This document shows, in pieces, positions 19,937 through 29,188 of a stretch of DNA of 64,000 nucleotides. The position numbers were made by a program, and so were the translations under genes. The stretch comes from Escherichia coli. Lineage in GTDB: Bacteria > Pseudomonadota > Gammaproteobacteria > Enterobacterales > Enterobacteriaceae. How positions within the stretch are numbered: the first letter of the stretch is position 1; every line of letters begins with the position of its first letter. The stretch lies in NCBI GenBank assembly GCA_025336725.1, contig GCA_025336725.1_3647.1; one strand, 5' to 3'. The notes under the pieces are model-generated. The model was not told the DNA's origin. It was given only the letters and a program-made list of their open reading frames with translations, and did no database searches.

Positions 19937-20940
19937 TATACCTCCTCAGTTTTGTCAACAACTCCACCCACTGCTTCTCCAAGTCCAAGCTCTGTAATGT
20001 AATCACCACCTTCGATGGTGCCTTTGTGGTGCACCGTGATCACCTTGTAGAAGCCTGTGTATTGTCTACTCTTAAGATAGATGGTGGACTCTGGAAGGAT
20101 AGCCCCGTTAAGGCATGTGGTCACGGTAAGACCAACGTCCTCTTTCGGGTTTTTCTTTTTCTTTTTAGATGTTGAACCGCCTTTTGCAGCAGCTTTAGCT
20201 TTTCGTTTTCTAGCAGGCTCTGGGTTTTTAGGGGTGGGCGATCCATGCATCCCAGACTCTACACTGATTTCAAATACAGAGTCCTTGAACCTTTTTCCAA
20301 CTTTGGTCCAATACAAAGCCCCGTCCTGAACGCTAAATGTTGAGTTGGTCAGTCTTGCAAACCTGCGGAGGTTCTCTGCAGTGTTTCCAGAGAAAGCCAT
20401 AGAGTATTGCAAAGTCTGGTTTCCAAAACCCACAACCCTACCTTTTGGCAAGTTCATATCCTTCAGTAGGTCATTAAGCACAGAGTTCAGAGGTGTGCCT
20501 TTCTGATAAGATCTTGTGCTTTGGCACTTAATGATGTTCTCAGTACCATCCCCAAAGATGAACTTAGTTTTTCTGGTAGGACCTTCCCATCTGTCTTCAA
20601 CAAACTCCACAGTTCCGGAGAATATCAACTGGTTCTCATTATCATAGCCAGCCTCAAACATCACTGCAAGAGCATCAGCTTGGTGCATGTCCAGATAGTT
20701 AACCGTATCGTCAGACAGGTTGTAAACTATCACATAGCCTTTGTTTGGCTCTTTGGTATTGTCCTTTTGTATGTCAAACTCTATATTGGCAGCACCTGTG
20801 TCTGAGCTAACCTCATAAACGCCAGAATCACTTTCTCCTTTCTTTTCAACAGATTTTGGGATATTGGTTTTTGATTTTCCGCCATGTTCTACAGGGCGAC
20901 CAAACAATAATCGCCATGTTCTACGTCTATACTCTGCCAT
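19936..20940 (-). CDS. hypothetical baseplate protein
   Basis: 334 aa; contains a Lys-rich low-complexity patch (KRKAKAAAKGGSTSKKKKKNPKED); position within the baseplate module. Confidence 0.35.
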   Translation of the reverse strand: MAEYRRRTWRLLFGRPVEHGGKSKTNIPKSVEKKGESDSGVYEVSSDTGAANIEFDIQKDNTKEPNKGYVIVYNLSDDTVNYLDMHQADALAVMFEAGYDNENQLIFSGTVEFVEDRWEGPTRKTKFIFGDGTENIIKCQSTRSYQKGTPLNSVLNDLLKDMNLPKGRVVGFGNQTLQYSMAFSGNTAENLRRFARLTNSTFSVQDGALYWTKVGKRFKDSVFEISVESGMHGSPTPKNPEPARKRKAKAAAKGGSTSKKKKKNPKEDVGLTVTTCLNGAILPESTIYLKSRQYTGFYKVITVHHKGTIEGGDYITELGLGEAVGGVVDKTEEV

Positions 20941-21320
20941 TATGCTAACCCTTGCTGTTCCTTGTAAAGATCAACTGGGGTGCCGTATACAAGTTGTAGC
21001 TCAGATCTGGCCCCAAGGTTGTATCTTCCAACCCTGCCCCAATATTGATCGTCTTTAAACGACAGAGCCATCAGCCTACCCTTCGGTAAATCGTCTCTGT
21101 AATGCAGCCCGTCTAAAATGTCTTGACAAGCTGTTACTTTTCTGGTTACTAAAGGACTGTCGCCTACTGGACCAAGGGATAACCACCAGGACTCATCCCT
21201 CTCGTTCCATTGCATACGCATTTCATAGGTTTCATTATCTAAAACCACACGCATGGTCTGATCAGGAAAGCCGTCAATGTCCCACACAAAGGTGATTATG
21301 CACCAATCTTTAAGCTCCAT
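20940..21320 (-). CDS. small baseplate protein (possibly gpW/gp25-like)
   Basis: 126 aa; size and position next to the spike gene only. Confidence 0.3.
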   Translation of the reverse strand: MELKDWCIITFVWDIDGFPDQTMRVVLDNETYEMRMQWNERDESWWLSLGPVGDSPLVTRKVTACQDILDGLHYRDDLPKGRLMALSFKDDQYWGRVGRYNLGARSELQLVYGTPVDLYKEQQGLA

Positions 21321-21332
21321 TACACGCTCCCC

Positions 21333-21878
21333 TTATTTTCCGTTAACTTTGTTGTAGTTCCCCTGCTCAGATGGGACTATGGTGGAAGGTCTTCCATATT
21401 CCTGATAATACCAATCTGCAGCCGATTGGGTAACACCGTTTTCATCTGTCCACATCATGGATTTGTATGGCTGCCACTCTTCTGCAGCATTTGTGGACGC
21501 GGTGTCTGCAAATGCCCCTGTGTCTCTCTTGTTACCTACGTTACTACCATTCTTGCAATCGTTGACAGCCCCTTTTTGCTGGGTCTTGCCGACCTTCTTG
21601 GGGTTGCTGTATACAGTTGCATTAACAACCTTGTTCAAGTAGAATGTGCGGAATTCTGTAAGTTCCACATCAAACACCATTGCAGCACCCTCACCAACAG
21701 ACTTGTTGGCAGAAAGACTGGTTATAATGTAGTTTTCAAGGAGTCTCTCTTCAGTAACTAAAGAAACCAACTGCCGCTTATTAATGATCTCGTCAAAGTT
21801 TCCAGTGCAGCGCCGCAAGTCGCATAGACGCTGCAGGGTTTTTAGAGTCAGTATTCCTGTCAATGTAGTTTTGCTCAT
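21333..21878 (-). CDS. hypothetical structural protein
   Basis: 181 aa ORF; its first 86 nt overlap the upstream ORF in another frame, so either the start is downstream or the two form one frameshifted gene. Confidence 0.35.
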   Translation of the reverse strand: MSKTTLTGILTLKTLQRLCDLRRCTGNFDEIINKRQLVSLVTEERLLENYIITSLSANKSVGEGAAMVFDVELTEFRTFYLNKVVNATVYSNPKKVGKTQQKGAVNDCKNGSNVGNKRDTGAFADTASTNAAEEWQPYKSMMWTDENGVTQSAADWYYQEYGRPSTIVPSEQGNYNKVNGK

Positions 21879-22218
21879 AGATTATATGTGGTGATGTATT
21901 TACCCTACCAGTAAAAGAAAATACACCATCTTTAATTACAGCGTGGTCTGACAGGGTAGATTTATCTTCCACCGCAAACCCAGTCTTATCAACAGAATGT
22001 TTGAAAGAATAGTTCTCAACCTGGTCGAAGATAATGGCAAGATCGTTAGTAAAGTTTTTACCCTTCATCTCCGTATTGCGACCACCATAGTTAAGACCGC
22101 TGACAAACATAGTATACTTTACATCGCTTTCAGTTTGCTGCTCTGCCTTTTCAGCCTTTGGAGATTTAACCTCTTGAGGCTTGTACAGGTCTTTTTCATC
22201 AACTATATTGCTTGGCAT
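21793..22218 (-). CDS. hypothetical structural protein
   Basis: 141 aa ORF; overlaps the following ORF by 86 nt in a different frame. Confidence 0.35.
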   Translation of the reverse strand: MPSNIVDEKDLYKPQEVKSPKAEKAEQQTESDVKYTMFVSGLNYGGRNTEMKGKNFTNDLAIIFDQVENYSFKHSVDKTGFAVEDKSTLSDHAVIKDGVFSFTGRVNTSPHIIYEQNYIDRNTDSKNPAASMRLAALHWKL

Positions 22219-22282
22219 AACCTCTCCAGGACACTCCTATACCATCTAGATATTGTATCATAAACAGCTACGTTTTTACAAC

Positions 22283-22312
22283 ACCGATAAAATAAAGGGG
22301 GCCGGAGCCCCC
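22283..22312 (-). terminator. rho-independent terminator
   Basis: Minus-strand hairpin GGGGGC-UCCG-GCCCCC followed by UUUAUUUUAUCGG; separates the tape-measure region from the baseplate genes. Confidence 0.7.
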
Positions 22313-22637
22313 TGCACAGTTTATTACCAAAGGTCGGTAGACATGAAGTTGATATCTTTATTGTTCTCCCACTCAAGTTTTGCATCAAATATTTTGTTAA
22401 ACTCGCCCTCATCTATTGAAATCGTGATTTTCCCATCACTGATCTCTAAAGGTAGCATTTCCATAGTTCTTAATTGAGAAGCAAAACCGAGGCCACCCCG
22501 GCAACGGAAAATCCCGCCCCATTAAGGTGTCCAAAGGATTAACAAACCCGTTACCTCAAATGAAAGTATCTTTGCGAATCATATCGCTGATAGCATCCAG
22601 CTGCTGATTTCTTTCACTTAGTGGGTTGTAACGGTCA

Positions 22638-23099
22638 TTAAATAATTCCGGCGCTTAGTATTATACCGATAATGCCCAGCTTACCGAGCAGACCAACTTT
22701 GCCACCAGGTGTCTTGAGGCCACCCCCACCTTTTCCTGCCGGAGCTCCACCACCAGATCCTTCTGTAGTAGCGGCACCAGCTGCTGCTGCTGCTCCAGCT
22801 GCACCCCTTAGAGAGTTAAGGAATTTAAAGGTTTTTACAAGCATGGATGCCATGACAAAACCTTTTGTTAGGGCGTTGACTACCAGCATGATGGCAGCAG
22901 CAAACCCTGCCCATTTAGCATAGCTAAAGGTGTCATGAAGCTCTTCAGAATATTCCTTCGTCTTAGCTGTTATGAATCCCCATTTAATCCCCCATTCAAG
23001 GAAAAACATGCGGATCTTGACTATAGTGTTGTTTAGTTCACCAACTACCCAGTTAAGGCCTCTCACAAACCCGCTAACAAAATCACCAGAGGCATCCAC
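22638..23099 (-). CDS. probable C-terminal fragment of the tape measure protein (hydrophobic, Gly-rich)
   Basis: 153 aa; hydrophobic segments plus GAAGAAAAAGAATTEGSGGGAPAGKGGGG...GIIGIILSAGII, as at tape-measure C-termini; lies downstream of the 415-aa helical ORF in another frame. Confidence 0.35.
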   Translation of the reverse strand: MDASGDFVSGFVRGLNWVVGELNNTIVKIRMFFLEWGIKWGFITAKTKEYSEELHDTFSYAKWAGFAAAIMLVVNALTKGFVMASMLVKTFKFLNSLRGAAGAAAAAGAATTEGSGGGAPAGKGGGGLKTPGGKVGLLGKLGIIGIILSAGII

Positions 23100-23161
23100 A
23101 CAAATTACGGGGAGTCTCGCCAGTGCGAATCAGTGTATAATGAACTCTGTTAATTCATCGC

Positions 23162-23371
23162 TTAACGGGTGAACAGCTTCTGACAGGATAATTCGATGAA
23201 GGTTTTCAGTCTGTTTTCTGCCAATGCGTTAGACTTCTGCATTCTTTCATAACCGGCTGCAGATGCCTCGTTCATATACTTAGCCACATACTTCATGATC
23301 TTGGCTGTCTTAACCTCACCTTTCTTCATCATGTCCATGAACTGATCCATGGACAGTTCAGAAAAGACCAA
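23162..23371 (-). CDS. short ORF between tape-measure fragments (possible frameshifted segment)
   Basis: 69 aa ORF (TTG start; first ATG is internal at MDQFMDMM) between the 415-aa and 153-aa tape-measure-like ORFs. Confidence 0.25.
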   Translation of the reverse strand: MVFSELSMDQFMDMMKKGEVKTAKIMKYVAKYMNEASAAGYERMQKSNALAENRLKTFIELSCQKLFTR

Positions 23372-23414
23372 AAGCCTCTTTGGTGGCTTTGATAAAGGTT
23401 ATGCGGGCAATGCT

Positions 23415-24662
23415 TCAGCAAGTTGTTGCTTCAGTTCTTCGGACATTACCTGTCCTTTCCCGAGCAATTTGCTGGATTGCCATGATACCACGCTGGTATT
23501 TTACCTCATCGGCACCATAAGCAGCAGCATACTGTGAGTATGCAGAAAACAGCTCATGCACTTCCTGATTTGTCATCTGGTTTTTGGCGTTTACCGACAT
23601 CTGGGCGTAACCTTGAAGACCAGATTTGAGATCAAAACCAAGACGCATAGCCTCTTGCTGGACAAACGCAACCTCACTGTTGGCTTTGTTTGGATCTCCA
23701 GTAACAGCAGTAAGAGCAGCACTTGCCCCCTCCATCATGTGACCAGATCTGTTCACAGCAGTAAATCCAGAGAAAGCCGTATACGCAGCTGTTGCATTAA
23801 TAACAGACCTACGTAAGTCTCTCATGGCATCACCAAGTGTAAGCGTTTGGCTGGTGGCGCTTTTAAATCCAGACTGCAGAGCTGACAGGTGGGCGTTAAA
23901 GGTTGACTTTTTCATCTCCCCGCGAGCAAACCTGGACTCTAACTCTGAGTATCCAGGCAAGCTTCCACGGAATCCGGCTCCATACTTGGCAGAAAGTCTT
24001 ATCGCAGAGTTGTAGAGGTGGGTTCTCCTTGCCTCACGATCCGACATAAGCCTATTATCCATGCCAGCTTTACTGTCCCTTCTTAGCTGTCTATGATAAC
24101 GATTCATAGCAGCTGTCTGAGCTTTCACAAGGTTAGGGTCGGAAGCCACACCACCCATATTAGGGTTACCAGGGATATACTTGAAAGATTTGGCATTAGC
24201 CAAAACTCTTGCCTTAGGTGCCTTATAACCGCCGTAAGACACTGGTGTAGATTTGGCAGCCTTTTTGGCCTCTTTAGCTTGCTGCTGGTAGAACTTACGC
24301 ATCCTAGCCATTTCTGGATTTTTAGCGGTAAGATTGCCTACAGCTTGTTTACGTCTCGCGTTCTCCCTACGTTCTATTGCGGCCCTTACTGCAGCCTCTT
24401 TCTTGGCTTGTGCTACGCTCTCCCTGTGCAGTTTAGCATTTGCCTGAGATTGCTGTCTGGCAACCCGCTGCATTGTTTGCTGGGTTTTAACAGCCACTGC
24501 CTGCCATCTACTCATCGGGTTGGCTGAGTTAAAATCCTCGCCAAGTTTCCTGAACTCCCTCCCAATACTGCGAATTTTCTCTACAGCTTTTTTGTAGGAG
24601 GAGTTCTCTATCTCAAAGCCAATCTTGTTGACTGTTGTGGCAACTATTTTGTTTGTAGCCAT
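23415..24662 (-). CDS. tail tape measure protein (N-terminal and central part)
   Basis: 415 aa, Ala/Lys/Arg/Gln-rich helical sequence; canonical position after the chaperone pair and before the baseplate genes; RBS GAGGAAAG before ATG. Confidence 0.45.
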   Translation of the reverse strand: MATNKIVATTVNKIGFEIENSSYKKAVEKIRSIGREFRKLGEDFNSANPMSRWQAVAVKTQQTMQRVARQQSQANAKLHRESVAQAKKEAAVRAAIERRENARRKQAVGNLTAKNPEMARMRKFYQQQAKEAKKAAKSTPVSYGGYKAPKARVLANAKSFKYIPGNPNMGGVASDPNLVKAQTAAMNRYHRQLRRDSKAGMDNRLMSDREARRTHLYNSAIRLSAKYGAGFRGSLPGYSELESRFARGEMKKSTFNAHLSALQSGFKSATSQTLTLGDAMRDLRRSVINATAAYTAFSGFTAVNRSGHMMEGASAALTAVTGDPNKANSEVAFVQQEAMRLGFDLKSGLQGYAQMSVNAKNQMTNQEVHELFSAYSQYAAAYGADEVKYQRGIMAIQQIARERTGNVRRTEATTC

Positions 24663-24670
24663 GCTTTCCT

Positions 24671-24711
24671 CATAATAAAAAGGGCCAGATCCCAGAAAAG
24701 GAATCCGGCCC
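24671..24711 (-). terminator. terminator-like hairpin between chaperone and tape-measure genes (possible attenuator)
   Basis: Imperfect 12-bp stem (GGGCCAGATCCC / GGAATCCGGCCC) with 6-nt loop, followed by UUUUUAUUAUG and then the tape-measure RBS. Confidence 0.4.
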
Positions 24712-24716
24712 TTAGA

Positions 24717-24965
24717 TTATCCTCTCCTGCGCTTAGCTTTCGCAGCAGCTGCGGCAGCCTTCTGCTCCCGCTCCATTTCCCTGTTTTGGACGGTATCTAG
24801 GAATTCTTCGATATCAAGATACTCACAGAGCTTCAGGAAATACGCCATATCTGCAAGATTTAGCGATTCAAAATTTTCCCCTTTGAAATTCTTGAGCACC
24901 CTGCACCAAAGAAAGTCGAACCAGTTAAGTGAACTGTTCTTGGCTGCCCACTCACTGGCCCTCAC
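24717..24965 (-). CDS. possible frameshift-extension ORF of the tail assembly chaperone
   Basis: 82 aa ORF (GTG start) in the +1 frame, overlapping the end of the 157-aa ORF by 13 nt; this frame stays open upstream across the overlap. Confidence 0.3.
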   Translation of the reverse strand: MRASEWAAKNSSLNWFDFLWCRVLKNFKGENFESLNLADMAYFLKLCEYLDIEEFLDTVQNREMEREQKAAAAAAKAKRRRG

Positions 24966-24976
24966 AACAACCTTGC

Positions 24977-25450
24977 TTATTCCTGCTCTTCCGGAGTCTG
25001 ATCCAGATTGTTCACCTGCTGGATCATACCCATCTGCTGTAACATCTCCAGAAGGCTTCCTAAACCGTCTTGTGTGAAAAAACAGCCGTAGTTAACCTCC
25101 AGAACCTTACCTGCCAGCTTAATCATCTCCAGCAGATGCCCTGCAAACACAACATCAGGGTTAAGCTTATCCACACCATCCACGGTAATATCTTCGAACA
25201 AGATTTTAAATAACTCTTCAATAGAGTTATCATCAAGTTCCTGGAACAGGTAAGCTAGGGCTGTAGGAAGGACCTCTGCCATATTCTGACCGCCTGAGAG
25301 AATAGATCCACCGATAGCACCTAGCGGGACAGCCACAATCTTACCGATTTTAGGCATGTTTTTCATTGCTTTCATCGGCCCCCAGTGAGTGATCACAAAG
25401 TTGTGCCCTGCTAAATCAATCTCTGTTGTAGGTCTAAAGTTTATAGCCAT
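24977..25450 (-). CDS. tail assembly chaperone
   Basis: 157 aa, acidic C-terminus; located between tube and tape measure, the conserved chaperone position. Confidence 0.4.
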   Translation of the reverse strand: MAINFRPTTEIDLAGHNFVITHWGPMKAMKNMPKIGKIVAVPLGAIGGSILSGGQNMAEVLPTALAYLFQELDDNSIEELFKILFEDITVDGVDKLNPDVVFAGHLLEMIKLAGKVLEVNYGCFFTQDGLGSLLEMLQQMGMIQQVNNLDQTPEEQE

Positions 25451-25523
25451 TTTATAGCATCCTTATTAGTCATGTTGTGCACCATATTTGTGTATTTTAC
25501 CATGATTATAGCGCATTGTCAAT

Positions 25524-26762
25524 TTAACCTTTCAACCAATCCAAGTATGCAGGATCATTTTTACCTTCATCGCTGTGCCATTCGAAGCGAGAGTTGCCGC
25601 TGTTTTCAAGGATATAGCAGCCTGCATTTTTAGCATTCCACTCTTGTGTTTTCTCAGGATCGTATAAGGACTCGTCCAACCCTAAATGCTTCAGTGTCTC
25701 TTGGATGTTTGACTTCCACCAAGCCTGTCTTGGCATTCTGCCACCACGGTAGCTCCAGAAGCTGGTAGATACCTGATCGTCCTCTGCCAAAATCCAGCCA
25801 TCCTCCTCCTTATAGGACACACCTGTGAAGTAATCCCTGTCAAGGAAGGATTGAACATGATCCATCTTAAACTCTTTTTGGATATGCTTAAACAGCTTAC
25901 TACGCCCACCAGGAACGTTACAGCTTGTTGCATACCTTACCATGTCCCACATAACGAAAGGGGTTACCTTTTGATCTCTGTTTTTCAATACCTTAAAACT
26001 CATACAAGCTACCAGCTCACCGTCAGATGTAAACAGACCCTTCTTCACTTCCTTGGCGGGAGCATACCCTTGAATGTGGTTTTTCTCCATAAAGTCACGG
26101 TAAGTTTTATTGTCCACATCCCTAACTGTGCACTTTCTGGCATAGACGGTCTTCTCGTCTTTGACTCCTAAAGCATTCTTAAGATATCTCTCAATGATAG
26201 GTCTTTTCCGAGCATCCTGCCAATCACAATCCCATATAGACAACATGCGAATACCTTGTTTTTCACAGGCCTTCCTTTTCAGGATGTGGTACCATTTCCC
26301 CTTACTATCCACGGAGTGCCAATAGGCACCATTATATTCCACAGCAAGCTTAAGCTCCGGGATATAAATGTCCAGCTCCATCTTTTTCTTGGAAGGATCT
26401 TTAAAGTTGTCCAGAATCCGCACGTTCTCTTCAATATCTCCGCTATAGACACTTTTAATGAACGTCAGGATCTCTTTTTCACCATTAGACTGATTGCGAC
26501 AGCAACGAGGGCATCCTTGTCCTTTCCCGTAATGGAATTCAGGACGCTGCATGAAGATATTCCCACACTCTTTGTGGCGCATCATCATAGGCGTTGAGGC
26601 GTTCACATAAGAGTCTTCAAAATACTCATAATCCCCACCATGAACTTCTACACATCTCTCAACTATTTCTTGGAAGCTAGGAACTTTTTTCACAGAAACA
26701 GACCTTGCTGCGCAAGTCTTGCACCCTTGCCCAGATAAATGCTTGCTGGGTTTCTGATACAT
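25524..26762 (-). CDS. homing-endonuclease-like protein (Zn-ribbon N-domain plus restriction-endonuclease-like core)
   Basis: 412 aa; N-terminal VHGGDYEYF...C...GQGCPRC zinc-ribbon; then GEKEILTFIKS...LDIYIPELKLAVEYNGAYWHS resembling Vsr/DUF559-type nuclease folds; inserted between tail genes. Confidence 0.45.
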   Translation of the reverse strand: MYQKPSKHLSGQGCKTCAARSVSVKKVPSFQEIVERCVEVHGGDYEYFEDSYVNASTPMMMRHKECGNIFMQRPEFHYGKGQGCPRCCRNQSNGEKEILTFIKSVYSGDIEENVRILDNFKDPSKKKMELDIYIPELKLAVEYNGAYWHSVDSKGKWYHILKRKACEKQGIRMLSIWDCDWQDARKRPIIERYLKNALGVKDEKTVYARKCTVRDVDNKTYRDFMEKNHIQGYAPAKEVKKGLFTSDGELVACMSFKVLKNRDQKVTPFVMWDMVRYATSCNVPGGRSKLFKHIQKEFKMDHVQSFLDRDYFTGVSYKEEDGWILAEDDQVSTSFWSYRGGRMPRQAWWKSNIQETLKHLGLDESLYDPEKTQEWNAKNAGCYILENSGNSRFEWHSDEGKNDPAYLDWLKG

Positions 26763-26849
26763 TATTCTTCCGCACGTTTTGCAATGAATCTCAACCTTAT
26801 CCCAGAGGTCTTGCTTACTACATGGCTATGACCATACTTTTCAGCATTT

Positions 26850-27149
26850 TCAAGGATATCTTTTTAATACCTTTTTGATCCACTCCTCGGTAGTGCACCT
26901 GTTACCACGCTCATGTGGGAATTTCTTACCCTTTCTTGATTTTGCAGATCTCTCAGCTCCACAAACAGGGCATCCTCTTTTTAGATTTATATGGTTATCA
27001 GGTGTCTGGTTGAAGTGGTTACCGCAGGTATTGCAGACTATTTCTACCTTATCTTTGCATGTTTTGTATTCTATAAGAGAATAATCGTACTTATCTCCGT
27101 GAACCCTACGAGCTTTTTCGATAAACCTTTCTGCACTCAATTTAGCCAT
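26850..27149 (-). CDS. Zn-ribbon protein paralogous to the N-domain of the adjacent endonuclease-like gene
   Basis: 99 aa; ARRVHGDKYDYSLIEY...CNTCGNHF...GCPVC parallels the N-terminus of the 25524-26762 product. Confidence 0.45.
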   Translation of the reverse strand: MAKLSAERFIEKARRVHGDKYDYSLIEYKTCKDKVEIVCNTCGNHFNQTPDNHINLKRGCPVCGAERSAKSRKGKKFPHERGNRCTTEEWIKKVLKRYP

Positions 27150-27199
27150 AACTGTCTCCTCCTTTATTGTAGGATACTAAAAACAAACAAATATGTCAA

Positions 27200-27237
27200 A
27201 ACCCTAAAAGCAAAAAAGCCCCACCCGAAGGTGAGGC
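27200..27237 (-). terminator. rho-independent terminator
   Basis: Minus-strand hairpin GCCUCACC-UUCG-GGUGGGGC followed by UUUUUUGCUUUUAGGGUUUUG, immediately after the tail tube gene. Confidence 0.65.
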
Positions 27238-27255
27238 TTATACTAAAGTGTGCCC

Positions 27256-27729
27256 TTAGATAATACCTGCAAGACCTGCGAGGCCAGTGAGAGCACCAGT
27301 GATGTTGTCACGGTTGAGCCATGCATCCAGAATACCGATATCCCAGTCCAGTTGACCTACTTCGGTTCCGTAAGTCAGGTCAGGCTGTTTCTGGATCCAA
27401 CCGATTGTAGAAATACCAGGGCCTTGGCTACCTTCCAGCAGAACCGGGAAGAATACCAGACCAGTAATCGATGCCTGTTTCTGCCAGTCGGAAAGGTAGG
27501 CGTTCCATACAGAAGTGTTCTGCAAAGATACAGTCATAACACCGGATTGGTTACGAGACAGAGCCGCAGACATTTCGCCATCCACACCAACGTGAGGGTA
27601 GATGTTGTCTTCATTTCTTGAAACAACGATCTTGGTGTCAGCAGCGAAGCCAGTGACACGCTGCTGCATCAGATACAGTTTGACCTTTTTAGGGTCATAC
27701 GCATAAGGAGTTAAAATTTGAGTTTCCAT
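27256..27729 (-). CDS. tail tube protein
   Basis: 157 aa; directly downstream of the sheath-like gene; size typical of myoviral tube proteins. Confidence 0.5.
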   Translation of the reverse strand: METQILTPYAYDPKKVKLYLMQQRVTGFAADTKIVVSRNEDNIYPHVGVDGEMSAALSRNQSGVMTVSLQNTSVWNAYLSDWQKQASITGLVFFPVLLEGSQGPGISTIGWIQKQPDLTYGTEVGQLDWDIGILDAWLNRDNITGALTGLAGLAGII

Positions 27730-27739
27730 CTAGTATTCC

Positions 27740-29116
27740 TTATTCAGTCATTGCAACAGCATTGGTGGATTTAGAACCAACTTTGTCCAGAAGAACGTTG
27801 ATCCGGATACGAACGAAGTGCAGAGCGTTGTTATACACCAGTTCTACTTTCACACCTTCCAGAACACGAGCAGCCAACTGGTTGGTCGGGATTTCTGCAC
27901 GTTTTGGAACTGTAATGATCGGGTCGTAGAATACATTGTTGTCTTCGTCAAAACCTGTCAGGATAGCACCGTTCTTAATGCCCGTATTGATCGGGTTGTT
28001 CATCAGAACAGACTTGATAACTGGCAGATCATCATCAGACATCTTCATGCTCAGGCCCATATTAGAGCGGCGGTGCATATATCCGAACATGGACTCTTCA
28101 GATCTAAACTTAATCCAGTGAGCGAAGCGGATAGCATCTGCATACTGACCAGAGGCACATTTACCTTCCCAGAAAGCACCAACACCGTTGATTGTTCTGT
28201 AGAAGTTAATGTTGTTCTCCCAAATCGCCATGCGCTGGGTCAATGTCAGTGATGGTGCAAGCACACCAGGCATCTGTTTTAAGTGTAAGCTGTCTCCGTA
28301 AGATGGATCGTTGGATGCCATAGCACCGATAATACCGCCCTCTGGGAAGTCTTTGTCGGCGCGAGGGTCGTACATACCAACACTGTCATATTTTGCAGCT
28401 TTCAGTTTAGCGGCGATGTTGCTGTCTTTACCAGTTACATCTTCTGAAGTAGAGTAGACATGTAACTTGTAGTTAGCCTGAGCCCACTTAGCACACGCCT
28501 CAATGTCTGTGTGGTCTTCATGACACAGGAAGTACCAATTGTCCCGCTCAGCATTGATCTTGTCAATTACTGTAGAAGGTTTTTCAGCATTGGCGATATT
28601 TTTGATTGTATAGTTACCAGTATGATAACCAACAGTGCAGTCACCAGTGATGGTGAGAACACCTTCAGAAGCCTCTACAGTGATATCGTTCAAGCTATCA
28701 TCTGCTTCAATTTTAGTCTTCATTGACTCTGCAATCTGAGTTGCACCTGTTCCACCAGAAACAGGGACTATCAAGGCAGTATTGTAGTCACCTTTTGCAA
28801 TAGTCATTACGACATCGGTATCAGCTGCAGCAGCAATGCCTTTGAAATCTACAGTGGTTTTTTCTTTGGCTTGTCTGCCGATCATAACATATTGTGGAGG
28901 GAATACACCACCAAAAGCTTTTGCTGCAAACTCATATGCTGCAGAGCCTTGTGCGAAACCATCTTCCACCATCTGGTCCAGCTCAGCATATACGCGAGCT
29001 CGCTCAGTAAAGTTATTGTGGATAGCGATGAACAGGGGAGTTTCGAAACCTACAGTGTCAATAGGCTGGGTTCCGAGGTTAACTGTAACATCTACCACTT
29101 TATCTAAATATGGCAT
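27740..29116 (-). CDS. tail sheath protein
   Basis: 458 aa; paired with a 157-aa tube gene and followed by chaperones and tape measure, the canonical contractile-tail order. Confidence 0.5.
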   Translation of the reverse strand: MPYLDKVVDVTVNLGTQPIDTVGFETPLFIAIHNNFTERARVYAELDQMVEDGFAQGSAAYEFAAKAFGGVFPPQYVMIGRQAKEKTTVDFKGIAAAADTDVVMTIAKGDYNTALIVPVSGGTGATQIAESMKTKIEADDSLNDITVEASEGVLTITGDCTVGYHTGNYTIKNIANAEKPSTVIDKINAERDNWYFLCHEDHTDIEACAKWAQANYKLHVYSTSEDVTGKDSNIAAKLKAAKYDSVGMYDPRADKDFPEGGIIGAMASNDPSYGDSLHLKQMPGVLAPSLTLTQRMAIWENNINFYRTINGVGAFWEGKCASGQYADAIRFAHWIKFRSEESMFGYMHRRSNMGLSMKMSDDDLPVIKSVLMNNPINTGIKNGAILTGFDEDNNVFYDPIITVPKRAEIPTNQLAARVLEGVKVELVYNNALHFVRIRINVLLDKVGSKSTNAVAMTE

Positions 29117-29188
29117 TTGTTTCCTCTTAATATCTGTGCACGGATATCAAACACGCAGTGTAATCATTACACTACACAATTATAACGA

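Noticed and set aside
27740-29116. Alternative reading as a T5-type siphovirus (458-aa protein as a pb6-like tube or pb8-like capsid)
   Set aside because: A separate lambda E-like capsid gene, a 157-aa tube-sized gene, P2/Mu-like spike and I/J-like baseplate genes fit a contractile-tail myovirus better; still an inference without searches.
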